DNA from: a virus
Strand: one strand, 5' to 3'
Length of the DNA: 64,000 nt
Virus record (IMG/VR): IMGVR_UViG_3300045988_141580
The notes under the pieces were generated by a model. That model saw nothing but the letters and a program-made list of their open reading frames with translations, made no database searches and had not been told where the DNA came from. Within the stretch, counting starts at the first letter, position 1. Each line of letters starts with the position of its first letter. The position numbers were made by a program, and so were the translations under genes. This document shows, piece after piece, positions 28,688-38,242 of this stretch.

Positions 28688-29487
28688 ACAACCATCTTTA
28701 TCTCATCATACACCAACTTCAAACGCTTAACAGAATCAGCAATTTCCTTCTGATAAGCAATAATACGAGCTCCGTACCCACTATTCGTGGCCGAGGAAGT
28801 TGACGATATACCCTGACTCAAACCATCCACACCTAAACTCTGACTTGCAATACCTGCACCCAGAATCAGGTCTCCTGCAATATTAAGCGGTCCAAAGCAC
28901 GCCAATTTTCCTATCAGGTTAATCAAGTCCAGGGGCATCGTGTCAAGATCAAAACCTGTAATATATTGAAACGACCAATAATCCGGAATCATCCTAAATC
29001 GCTGACTTCCAAGCTGTGTAGTAATACCCGAAAGAATAACTTCAGCATTAGCCTGACAGGTGGCGCTTCCGGTAGGAACAAGAGATACCCTCCTCTTATA
29101 AAGGCCATAACTATTCTGGTGTGTGGTAAGCCACTCCGTAGGATAGGAAATCTGCTCTATGTTATTGAATCGCCCTGTCAACGATATAGGCTTGTTGACA
29201 GGGTAATTCGTGAATAGAATAGGAAACTGCTGCCAATAGTCAGCACGATAGAACGTGAGCTTCTCTTGACTGATGAACTGCTTCAGAAGCTTGAGGTTGA
29301 AGAAGCTCTCCACCTCCTGCTGCGCTGACTGTATGTAGAAGCGCATACTCTCATTGCTGAATGACGTTCCATCACCACCCTGAATGGTTATACCATACAG
29401 ATACAGCGCAAATATCTCTGACGGATTAAACATCATACCGTCATTCTTTCTGGTTTTCAATGTCAAGACAAGCTGTCCCATCTCCAA
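28681..29487 (-). CDS. Hypothetical head-completion/adaptor-position protein
   Basis: 268-aa ORF two genes downstream of the capsid gene. Confidence 0.6.
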   Translation of the reverse strand: MEMGQLVLTLKTRKNDGMMFNPSEIFALYLYGITIQGGDGTSFSNESMRFYIQSAQQEVESFFNLKLLKQFISQEKLTFYRADYWQQFPILFTNYPVNKPISLTGRFNNIEQISYPTEWLTTHQNSYGLYKRRVSLVPTGSATCQANAEVILSGITTQLGSQRFRMIPDYWSFQYITGFDLDTMPLDLINLIGKLACFGPLNIAGDLILGAGIASQSLGVDGLSQGISSTSSATNSGYGARIIAYQKEIADSVKRLKLVYDEIKMVVC

Positions 29488-30108
29488 CTATTTTGTAGAT
29501 TCCACAATAAACTCTATGATGTCGGCCTTTGTTCTCTTCTCAAGACCGTCAATTTCCAGACCGTTATCCCTTACAAAGGCAAGAAGCTCATCCTTCTTCA
29601 GAGAGACAAGCTCTTCACGCAAGGCCTCATCAGATGTTTCCTCCGGAGTGACTTCACCTGCGACTTCCTCCTCACCACCCTGCTCGTCGTTTTTAGGCTG
29701 CTCTGGCTCAATTTCATCAGGAACCTCAGGTGCTGATTCGGTGGCTCTCGAAAGATTCTCAACAAGAGCCAAGCGTGCCGCCTTTTCCTTCTCGTACTCC
29801 TCCTTCCAGAGTTTCACCTCCGATTCCAGATCCTCAACCTGCTTCTTGCGAGAATCCGCTATATTGCGAAGTCGAGAACACTCACCCTTATACCACTCCT
29901 CCTTCTCAGAAAAATCAGTCTTCATCTGAATTTCCTTCGGGGTCTCATACACAGGCTGCTTACCAAGCTCATAGAGGTCAGCAAAACCCATCTTCAATAT
30001 CTCAGCACCAAAGGCGTCATCCACCTCAGCCACTGAATTGACAAACGTAACCTTTCTTCCGTTGAAATTTACTGTCTGATTGCCTATTTTCTTATCAAAA
30101 AGTTTCAT
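29488..30108 (-). CDS. Acidic protein with C-terminal HeH/SAP-like motif
   Basis: 206 aa with a Glu-rich centre. C-terminus LKKDELLAFVRDNGLEIDGLEKRTKADIIEFI. Confidence 0.6.
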   Translation of the reverse strand: MKLFDKKIGNQTVNFNGRKVTFVNSVAEVDDAFGAEILKMGFADLYELGKQPVYETPKEIQMKTDFSEKEEWYKGECSRLRNIADSRKKQVEDLESEVKLWKEEYEKEKAARLALVENLSRATESAPEVPDEIEPEQPKNDEQGGEEEVAGEVTPEETSDEALREELVSLKKDELLAFVRDNGLEIDGLEKRTKADIIEFIVESTK

Positions 30109-30133
30109 AACTAAATCTATTTTAATTAAAAAT

Positions 30134-30159
30134 GGGGAGGGAGTTGTTCACCCCTCCCC
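30134..30159 (-). terminator. Rho-independent terminator after the major capsid gene
   Basis: ggggaggg/ccctcccc stem; on the minus strand it is followed by ATTTTTAATTAAAAT. Confidence 0.7.
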
Positions 30160-30183
30160 GATGATTCTACGGTCATTACCCGA

Positions 30184-31701
30184 TTAAAGGGTAGGAAGAC
30201 CAATCTTACCGATATTGATGATACGAGCGATCTTTCCTGGCTGATAGAGCACTGGAGTACCGTAATTCAGCACGGAGAATGATCTTCTCGGGCCGACAAT
30301 GGCATAATCCAGCTTCATCGTGCCGCCGAGCTCAAGATATTCAAGCATCTCGGATCCGTTGAAGTAAACGAGAGCGGACTTTGTTCCAGCGATCCACCTG
30401 TTGCGGTCGTGAACTGAACCTGCCTCCGCACCATCCCATCCTGCCACAAGCTCAGTCTTGGACACCTTAAAGATAGGATAGAAGTCAGCAACGTTCTTGT
30501 CGGCTGGATTGGCTTCTGTACGATAGATAACATAACAGGTCTCAGGATATGCGGATGATACAGCCCCTGTAAACTTTAAGGCCACGGACTGTGTTGCGCC
30601 TACCGCCTGTGCGTCATCGTTGAGAAGCACGAGCTCTGACTCACCATATCTATTGACGGCTGCAACTGCATAGAAATAGTTTCCAGCGTGCATTGTACCA
30701 AACTGACCCTTTGCATCAACGGCCACTGACACGGCTGCTGCACCATCCTTAACTGGAGCGTTTGGAGCCTTGTCAGAGGTCTTGCCACGACCGAGCTTAA
30801 CTGGAGCGTTCCAATCAAAGTACTTGTCGGCCTTGATGGCAACCTTACCGAACTGTGTCGTGATATCATTAACGGACTGACCCATAGTAGCACCTACGAC
30901 GCCACCCTGCATTCCGACAATGACACGCTTTGATTCGTGGAAGAGCTTAACATAATTGTTGAATACGACTGGGGAGGAAACAATGCGATCGATGATACCG
31001 TTTCGGTCGTTGACGACAGCCTGTGCAGCATCCTCAACAAGAGCGTCAGTAAGAACCGAGCCATTCGCATTGATAACAGCCACGTCACCGAAGTATGCGT
31101 CAAGCACCTGCTCTGAAGTCTTGCCAAGCAGACCACCTGTGATATCATTGATACCTGCAACGTGCTGTGCGAACACACCGTCAAACTCCTCCGGAACCTT
31201 GTTGGAATCAGCGTCGATGACTTTCTTGTCCAGAATCGTCTGAAGAAGAATGGTCTTGTTCTCGACTTCCTTCGTGTAGAGCGAGCCCACAACGGTCTTC
31301 ACAATCATTCCCGGATGAGTTACCTGTCCAGTAACGCCTGTGAACTTCACAACTACTGACTTACGCCTGTAGATGGAATCGGTCTCGGTAGGGGTCTCGC
31401 CCTCAACGTTGAAGATACCGACCTCCTGGCCGTACTTGTAGAGCTGATTGTACTGATGTACGGTGTTTTCGATCCTCTGTCTTCCGAGTTCATTCCAGAA
31501 AACAAGCTGATCAAGCCTGTTCTCGAGGTTCTTGAGAACTCCATCCAGAGATTCCGGCTTCAAGCCGCCACCGTTGTTGAGCTGATTGTCGTACTGCATT
31601 CCAGTCAGCAGACCAGCTTCCATCGCTTTGAGAATCTCCTCTGAGGACATTGACTCAAGCGGATTGGCATTTTCGTTGCCTGTGTAGTTGAACAAATCCA
31701 T
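30184..31701 (-). CDS. Major capsid protein
   Basis: 505 aa. Position after protease and scaffold, strong terminator downstream. ESLDGVLKNLENRLDQLVFWNELGRQRIENTVHQYNQL resembles capsid-family N-terminal regions. Confidence 0.75.
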   Translation of the reverse strand: MDLFNYTGNENANPLESMSSEEILKAMEAGLLTGMQYDNQLNNGGGLKPESLDGVLKNLENRLDQLVFWNELGRQRIENTVHQYNQLYKYGQEVGIFNVEGETPTETDSIYRRKSVVVKFTGVTGQVTHPGMIVKTVVGSLYTKEVENKTILLQTILDKKVIDADSNKVPEEFDGVFAQHVAGINDITGGLLGKTSEQVLDAYFGDVAVINANGSVLTDALVEDAAQAVVNDRNGIIDRIVSSPVVFNNYVKLFHESKRVIVGMQGGVVGATMGQSVNDITTQFGKVAIKADKYFDWNAPVKLGRGKTSDKAPNAPVKDGAAAVSVAVDAKGQFGTMHAGNYFYAVAAVNRYGESELVLLNDDAQAVGATQSVALKFTGAVSSAYPETCYVIYRTEANPADKNVADFYPIFKVSKTELVAGWDGAEAGSVHDRNRWIAGTKSALVYFNGSEMLEYLELGGTMKLDYAIVGPRRSFSVLNYGTPVLYQPGKIARIINIGKIGLPTL

Positions 31702-31738
31702 AATGAACTATAAAATTAAGTAGTTTATAACTGCGAAA

Positions 31739-32491
31739 TTATTTCACCAGACGCACGTTCTTGTTGTTATACATATAGCGTGCGGCTGTCTCACCGATAG
31801 CACCACCAATAGGATCAATGAGGTAGTTCAGGGTCTCGTCACGAAGTGACTTCTGAATAGCCTCATCCTTTTCCTCCTCAATGGCCTTCTCAATCAGCGC
31901 TCTAACGACCATACGGTCACGGCTGACACTGAGAATGGTCTTGTCATTGTCGTCCTTTGCACCACCGCCAATGGACTTTTCAAGCACCGCACGATTCAGT
32001 CCGGCTGACTTGAACGCTGGAGCCTGATCACCGATTGCATCAATCTTGGCGGCAAGACCATCAACGGACTTCATAAGGGTGTCAACCTTTGCGAGAACAT
32101 CCTTAACGGAATCAGCCACCATAGACTTCAACACGTCATCACGCTCATCCAGCACGGAAGAAAGGCTCTTCATCAGTTCGTCCTTGTCAAGGCTCTTTGC
32201 GATAGGCGGCTCGGGGTCAGCACCCTCACCCTCCTTGCCGTCACCGTCACACCCCTCGGACTTCTTCTTCTCGTCCCTATCAGGCTCCTGCTCACCACCG
32301 TCGCCCTCAGAACCGTTGTCAGGATCATTCTGTGACTCATCGCCCTCACCACCGTCGCCCTCGGCTTCCTCAGACTTCAGGGTAATGTCACCAGAGTTGA
32401 TCCAACCTGCGATGGTCTCCTCAGAAAAGCCACTGTCCAACAGAGACTTCACGAGCTCATCTTTCTTCTGATTTTCTGTCAATTCTAACAT
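31739..32491 (-). CDS. Scaffolding protein
   Basis: 250 aa, extremely acidic and helical, between protease and capsid. Confidence 0.7.
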   Translation of the reverse strand: MLELTENQKKDELVKSLLDSGFSEETIAGWINSGDITLKSEEAEGDGGEGDESQNDPDNGSEGDGGEQEPDRDEKKKSEGCDGDGKEGEGADPEPPIAKSLDKDELMKSLSSVLDERDDVLKSMVADSVKDVLAKVDTLMKSVDGLAAKIDAIGDQAPAFKSAGLNRAVLEKSIGGGAKDDNDKTILSVSRDRMVVRALIEKAIEEEKDEAIQKSLRDETLNYLIDPIGGAIGETAARYMYNNKNVRLVK

Positions 32492-32535
32492 AACTCTAAA
32501 AATTTATTGTTTACATTCTACTGGAATCGTGCCGC

Positions 32536-33198
32536 TTAGATGCTTTCTTCCACCGTTGTAAAATCTGATTTAATAATAAACTTCCTGCCACCACGCATAA
32601 CCTCCAGCATCACATCATCACTGATCGCTATTGAACCATCAGTAGGATAAAAATCCTGGGACTGAATTCCCTTGGCAATCTCAATATAGGAGTTAAAGTT
32701 CACAGGAGTGAACGTCATCGCTATATTATTGATTATGGCCTTAAGAATGTGCTTCGGGTTCTTAGGGTCACGTTCCAAAGCACGCCCCTCAATGGACATT
32801 CCTGGCTTGCGTGTTGAGCCGCTCTCAGCCATCTCAATGCACTTGTCCCAGAACGCCCTTGCCTCAGGACTATCCTTCCAGAGCTTACCTTTCACCCACA
32901 ACTTGTTATCAACAATCTTGGCTTCCAGTGGCTCACCTATCCAAAATCTGGATTTGAGTTCCTTCGCCCTTATGGTAAGATGGTCAAGATTCAACAGTCC
33001 GTGCTTCAGGAAGTGGCTCAAGTCAAAACCCTTCGGCTCCATACTCTCTCCCTCATAGTCCTTGCTATTGTCGCTCGCGATGCCCTCAAACACCATATTC
33101 TCGTAGCGTCTTTCGTCACCACGAGGATACCGAGTTGAATCCTCCGCCTTTACAAGATCAGCTGGAAGAAAGAAATTGAAGTCATTCATCCCACTCAT
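32536..33198 (-). CDS. Prohead (maturation) protease
   Basis: 220 aa. FEGIASDNSKDYEGESMEPKGFDL resembles the caudoviral prohead protease N-terminal motif; position fits. Confidence 0.65.
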   Translation of the reverse strand: MSGMNDFNFFLPADLVKAEDSTRYPRGDERRYENMVFEGIASDNSKDYEGESMEPKGFDLSHFLKHGLLNLDHLTIRAKELKSRFWIGEPLEAKIVDNKLWVKGKLWKDSPEARAFWDKCIEMAESGSTRKPGMSIEGRALERDPKNPKHILKAIINNIAMTFTPVNFNSYIEIAKGIQSQDFYPTDGSIAISDDVMLEVMRGGRKFIIKSDFTTVEESI

Positions 33199-33234
33199 TC
33201 ACGTCAATAATTATGGACAAAAATAATCAGAAAC

Positions 33235-34563
33235 TTACATAACAACAAAGATGGGGTCACCAACATAGTCCGTGCCATTCTCATTAACGGAAGTAAACTC
33301 CTCTTCCTTAATTCTGAAATTCACCGAACCATTCCGCAGACCATTCCGCAAGACATCAATTAACTTGCTCATATCAGAATCTTCACCAACATAGCTCACT
33401 GCACACTGAACAAGCCTATTTGTCTCTGGATTTTCCTCGTAGGAAACACTATGAATAAACAATGGCTTGACAAACTTAATTGTCTCCGTGCCATTCACAA
33501 CCACCTCATCAACACCGTTGATTCCCTTCAAAAGCGTCTCAACGCCACACATCGGGTCACGAACAGGCATAGTAAGTTTCCTAACGTCACCCTCCATGCT
33601 CTCCGGAATGACAGCTGCTGCATTCTCCGTGGACAGTGCCTTTTTCACAATGTCAGAGCAGATTTCCTTAAAGCACTGAACAGACATACGACCGTCCTGA
33701 ACAGCCTTGACAACAGTGTCAAGCGGCTCAAGGGAATCCATACGCCACACTCTGTTCATCATATTCAGCACGTTCTTCCCTTGGTCAAAGATGAAGTTCT
33801 TCAACGGAATCTCACTTAAATCAATCCACTCATAAAAGCACTCCTCCGTGGCGTCAACCGTAATCGGCTGCCCTGCATCCACATAAACCTGAAAATACTG
33901 AATATGGGCATCAGAGTTCTTATACTCACCAAGATAACGAATACCTCTGGCCGCAATAGGGTCAAGGTTCGTCTCCTCCTTAAACTCACGCAAGGCGGCT
34001 GTCTTAAAGTCCTCGTTAGGCTCAACGTGCCCTCCAGGAATGCACACTTCACCTGTCGGACACATCTCGTCGTCAACACGATGCAGAATAAGGATCTTAC
34101 CGTCCGATTCACGCATAACAACCATGTCAGCGTATCGAACAGGCTTGCCGTCCACTGACTTAACAAGATTGAAATACTCACCCTCATTCAACTTGCCAGC
34201 CTTGCGAAGCTCCATCAAGCCTTTCAACTTGCGGCTCTTGGCAACCTCATCACGCACCTCCTGACACTCCTCAACAAGTACGTCAATTCCCTTCAGAATC
34301 TTCTCACGCTCATTGACACAGGCTGTGACACGCTTTGTGTGACCTTTCATGAAGTCAGCGTGCTTCGCAAGCACATCAGCTCTTCTGGAATCAGGCACAC
34401 CCTCACCGATGCTGTCAACAATGGACTTCTGAATAGAGAACTGATGAGCAAGTTCCTTACCCTCATCCTCTATCTGAGCAAGCCTCTTCCTAAGATCGTG
34501 ATACTCCTCCAGCTTTTCCTGTGGAGTCATTATCCCAAGCCATTTCTTGAATCTCATAATCAT
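33235..34563 (-). CDS. Nudix-domain protein in the head module
   Basis: Nudix box GHVEPNEDFKTAALREFKEETNL (G-x5-E-x7-REUxEExxU). Start trimmed to ATG 34563, just after the MuF-like stop at 34571. Confidence 0.75.
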   Translation of the reverse strand: MIMRFKKWLGIMTPQEKLEEYHDLRKRLAQIEDEGKELAHQFSIQKSIVDSIGEGVPDSRRADVLAKHADFMKGHTKRVTACVNEREKILKGIDVLVEECQEVRDEVAKSRKLKGLMELRKAGKLNEGEYFNLVKSVDGKPVRYADMVVMRESDGKILILHRVDDEMCPTGEVCIPGGHVEPNEDFKTAALREFKEETNLDPIAARGIRYLGEYKNSDAHIQYFQVYVDAGQPITVDATEECFYEWIDLSEIPLKNFIFDQGKNVLNMMNRVWRMDSLEPLDTVVKAVQDGRMSVQCFKEICSDIVKKALSTENAAAVIPESMEGDVRKLTMPVRDPMCGVETLLKGINGVDEVVVNGTETIKFVKPLFIHSVSYEENPETNRLVQCAVSYVGEDSDMSKLIDVLRNGLRNGSVNFRIKEEEFTSVNENGTDYVGDPIFVVM

Positions 34564-34570
34564 ATAATTT

Positions 34571-35518
34571 TTATACGTCATAATGTTTGTCACCGATATC
34601 AATATGAACCTTGCTTCTGCGCTGCACCTTACGAACATAGTTCTTAGGAGGCTCAAACCTATGATTCTCTTCATTCCACACATAACCCTCTGGAAGCCTG
34701 TTTATTAAACAGCGGCAATATGGATGCACTGGATGTACTGTCGGCTTCCACTCCTTTGACTTCACACCATAGTTCGTGCCGTTGGCCAACAACTCCGATA
34801 ACCTGAATATCCTCGGCTGCGACCCCACACCGTGTGTCAAGTAGAGGCGAATACAGTGCTTGCACGCTCCAGGGTACACCTGAAAGAACACCTTGGGATC
34901 ATCTTCATCCTGCATAAACGTCTGCGCTCTGCCGAGATTAAACACGTCCTGACACTCCGTCTCCACAATACGACCCCAGTCCCTGTTCCAGTCATCCATC
35001 TGATGCGCTATGTTAGAGGCTATCTTCTGCACCGTTCTCTTCTGAACAGTGCCGTTCAGTATCTCGTCATGAATGACCTTGTTCGCTTTTGCGGCCTGTT
35101 CAGTCTGAATATAGGACATCTCCTCCGCTGAGATAGCATTCCTCACGTCATTCTTCAGTCTATCACCAAAACCCTTTATATGAGTGTATGTCTTATTCGC
35201 TGCCACGTCATAGAAGGACAGTTCCATCGCAGTCGGGACAAAATCACCCATTTTAGGAAGAAACTGCAACAGGTCAGAATAACCCATCGTCCTGGTGATA
35301 GAATCGCCCAGTGCAGCCGAAACACGACCAAACAGAAACGACTGATAATGTACTGGAAACTTCGGAATCAACTTTAATAGATCAACACCACGCTTTCTCA
35401 GAATATCCAGATCATACTTCGTAAGATAGTTTCTACCGAGAACACGAGCTATCAGCTTGGCCGTGGACAAGTCCACTTCCTTCAGAATACGCTGTATGTC
35501 CTTGTCAGTAAAAAGCAT
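34571..35518 (-). CDS. MuF/SPP1-gp7-like minor head protein
   Basis: CKHC...VHPVHPYCRCL signature, immediately downstream of the portal. Confidence 0.75.
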   Translation of the reverse strand: MLFTDKDIQRILKEVDLSTAKLIARVLGRNYLTKYDLDILRKRGVDLLKLIPKFPVHYQSFLFGRVSAALGDSITRTMGYSDLLQFLPKMGDFVPTAMELSFYDVAANKTYTHIKGFGDRLKNDVRNAISAEEMSYIQTEQAAKANKVIHDEILNGTVQKRTVQKIASNIAHQMDDWNRDWGRIVETECQDVFNLGRAQTFMQDEDDPKVFFQVYPGACKHCIRLYLTHGVGSQPRIFRLSELLANGTNYGVKSKEWKPTVHPVHPYCRCLINRLPEGYVWNEENHRFEPPKNYVRKVQRRSKVHIDIGDKHYDV

Positions 35519-35519
35519 A

Positions 35520-35690
35520 TCAACCTCGCTTCTCCTTAACTATTCTCGTCATCGTCTCAACAATGTTACCAAACAGCTCCACAGGCGCAAAGCTCTTCAT
35601 CGCTTCACGCTCATATCGCCCCTGCACGGCTGGATATCGCATAGGATCAACGTGCCTCTGCACCCTTGGAACTCTTTCTCTATAAGCCAT
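35520..35690 (-). CDS. Small 56-aa protein between portal and MuF (not in the ORF track)
   Basis: Manual translation MAYRERVPRVQRHVDPMRYPAVQGRYEREAMKSF... The ATG overlaps the portal stop (TAATG) and its stop abuts the MuF-like ATG. Confidence 0.5.
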   Translation of the reverse strand: MAYRERVPRVQRHVDPMRYPAVQGRYEREAMKSFAPVELFGNIVETMTRIVKEKRG

Positions 35691-37411
35691 TATTTAGCCG
35701 ATAACTGATTGTCAATAAATTCCAGTGCCTTGCCAAGAATAGGGTTGCCCTGCGACTTCTGCATAAGCATATCTGCAATATCAAAGTCATCACCATTGCC
35801 ACCCTCACCGTTCATCTCGTCAACAGCTCCATTCATATCCTCCCCACCCATCATCTTGTTGCTCTGTGCGGTCTGATAGATGGAATTGAGAATGGTATCC
35901 TTCTCAGGATCAAGATCACGCCCCGAATACTTACGGAACATATCCTCCAGAGAAACAACACCTGCATCCAGCTTCTTCTTGTCAATATCTATCTGAGCGG
36001 ACTCATCCTTGATGTCCACACCTGTGAACACAAACTCAAAGCGGTCGTCTATCTCAGATATAATATAACGATTCACAATATTCTGGAAGAACACAAGTAA
36101 AGGAAACAGACCTTTCTTCTGTGAATGGTCAAGACGCTCCTTCTGGCCGTCCTGCCCGAACACCCTTGCCGCATCCTGGAACTGAAAACCCAACTCTGAT
36201 GGATCAATACGATATACCGCACAGGTCACAACAAAGAGGAACTTGATCCACTCTGTAAACTCCATGTCCTTATTGGACTGCTGCAAGTCTATCCACTCAA
36301 GATCAATACCCTGTATCACAGGAATCTTGTGAGCGTTATAGACGGTGGACATCGTCTGCTTCCAGTCCTGACGGAACTCATTCAACGTGCCTTGATCAAT
36401 ATTGGAGTTCTTGACGTTAATGAATCCCTTTGGCTGCGACCCCTGCTTAAAGAAGTTGCCGTTGTACTGCATACCCCACAGAATCCACGTCACAACCTCT
36501 ATAAGGGTCTCAAGCTCTGAACAGCCATAGCCGTTCCTGAGCACGTTGGTCGTCTTGTTACGTATGCCATAACCAAGCTCCCACGGATAGTAGATGACAA
36601 GCTCGTCAGTGGCCGGATTACGTATAATCTGACTATCCCACACCATCGCATAACGAGGAAGATAACCGTGCCACCTGTATGATTCGAACATACTTGCATA
36701 GCGAGGGTCATCCGTGTCAAGCTGTCGTATAAGGGAGGCATCAACTGCCCTAAACTTGTTCACTTTCATGCTCCTACTGCGAACCACCTCAAAGCAGAGT
36801 TGATCCAGACAGAGTGAATCTTTTATGGTCTTGCGAGTGAAGTCCTGAAAGTTATCCTCTGAAGACCACTTGTCATTCTCACCGCCATCCTCAAGAAAGC
36901 GCACAAGCCCCTCAACGACTTTCATATCCTTCTTGGATATCTCCTTGATGTCACCGCCAAGCAACCTCTTGTATCGCAGCTGAAATCCAGGTTTCTGATC
37001 ATCATCACTGTATCTCAGAAAGTTCTGAATCTGCTCAATGCGAGTGTTGATTATTGCCTTGATGATATAGATGTCACCCATCCTCTGAAGCGTGGTGAAC
37101 GGTATGCCATTGTTCGGGTCACGATAACCACGACCATTAAAACCGATGTCAGACGGATTCCATAGGATGGACTTGATGTCAGGTTTGACGGCTCTACCAC
37201 TCTTCTCCTGCTGTGCGATGAACGCCTGTGCTTTTAGCACGTCCTCAACGTTCTCTGAACGGAGAGCCTTTTCCAGCCGATTCTGAAGAGCAAGCGGAGC
37301 GGCCTGTGACATCAAGCTCAACTCCTGAATGGACATACTGTCTAAACGGTCTATGGGGGCTGCTTTATCAACCCCCATCTGACCCTTTATGGAATGCTTC
37401 TTCCTACCCAT
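35690..37411 (-). CDS. Portal protein
   Basis: 573 aa, directly upstream of the MuF-like gene at the head of the morphogenesis block. Confidence 0.7.
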   Translation of the reverse strand: MGRKKHSIKGQMGVDKAAPIDRLDSMSIQELSLMSQAAPLALQNRLEKALRSENVEDVLKAQAFIAQQEKSGRAVKPDIKSILWNPSDIGFNGRGYRDPNNGIPFTTLQRMGDIYIIKAIINTRIEQIQNFLRYSDDDQKPGFQLRYKRLLGGDIKEISKKDMKVVEGLVRFLEDGGENDKWSSEDNFQDFTRKTIKDSLCLDQLCFEVVRSRSMKVNKFRAVDASLIRQLDTDDPRYASMFESYRWHGYLPRYAMVWDSQIIRNPATDELVIYYPWELGYGIRNKTTNVLRNGYGCSELETLIEVVTWILWGMQYNGNFFKQGSQPKGFINVKNSNIDQGTLNEFRQDWKQTMSTVYNAHKIPVIQGIDLEWIDLQQSNKDMEFTEWIKFLFVVTCAVYRIDPSELGFQFQDAARVFGQDGQKERLDHSQKKGLFPLLVFFQNIVNRYIISEIDDRFEFVFTGVDIKDESAQIDIDKKKLDAGVVSLEDMFRKYSGRDLDPEKDTILNSIYQTAQSNKMMGGEDMNGAVDEMNGEGGNGDDFDIADMLMQKSQGNPILGKALEFIDNQLSAK

Positions 37412-37425
37412 AAACGGAAGAATTT

Positions 37426-38115
37426 TTAGATTGTGTCCGGATTCACATTAAGCTTCGCTTCGTAGAGAACACCGCTGTATGTTATACGAATCGTGAACCA
37501 AGTCACATTCTTAGGTTCAACAATGCCAAGGTCTGCAACAACCTCCCATGACAGGCCGTTCTTGGCCTTACAGGTGAGGGTCTTCATGTCCTCGGAAATC
37601 TCACCAAGATTGGCGCTCGTTCCAACAAAGTCAAGAACCCTGTCATCAGCCAGAACCTGAACCTGATAGGTACTGTCAGGCTTCTCGGTCTGCTTCTTAA
37701 ATCTGGCTACAAGCCAAGGAAAGTTGTTGTTGGTAAGACCCTCCTCATAAGGATGAGCCTCCACATACTCCGGAAACATATTGGCCTCGTATGTGGCCTT
37801 GTCCTTAACAATGGCAAGACTGAGACCCTCTATTGTGCCATCAAGCTCCGGCTCATTCTCAACATAGTCAGCACTCTCGTCCTGAACAAGAACGTCACCC
37901 TCGAAACACTCAACCTTGGCCTTGCAGAGCTTTGCCATATTCAACATGGAAGCGATGGACACCGCATCACCCATCTTGAAGCAAAATCCGGACTGCACAA
38001 GACCGCTGTAGTTCTTTCCGATGACACCTATCACCATAAAGTTATCGATTCTGCCAAGACCATCAGTCTCCACGATAACTGATTCACTCCCCTTAGTGTA
38101 AATGTACTTTTTCAT
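37426..38115 (-). CDS. Hypothetical protein
   Basis: 229-aa ORF upstream of the portal. Confidence 0.7.
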   Translation of the reverse strand: MKKYIYTKGSESVIVETDGLGRIDNFMVIGVIGKNYSGLVQSGFCFKMGDAVSIASMLNMAKLCKAKVECFEGDVLVQDESADYVENEPELDGTIEGLSLAIVKDKATYEANMFPEYVEAHPYEEGLTNNNFPWLVARFKKQTEKPDSTYQVQVLADDRVLDFVGTSANLGEISEDMKTLTCKAKNGLSWEVVADLGIVEPKNVTWFTIRITYSGVLYEAKLNVNPDTI

Positions 38116-38152
38116 CTCTTATGTAATTTTTTAATCATTCATTGACCACACG

Positions 38153-38161
38153 GCAAATATA
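38153..38161 (-). promoter_or_regulatory. -7 box TATATTTGC upstream of gene 37426..38115
   Basis: ACTATATTTGC on the minus strand, 38 nt before the ATG. Confidence 0.4.
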
Positions 38162-38242
38162 GTCATATTAAAACTAAGACAGCCATTTAATATCAAGCAA
38201 GTACCCCATTACTTTCTATCCACAGTAAAATTTTATGAACCA

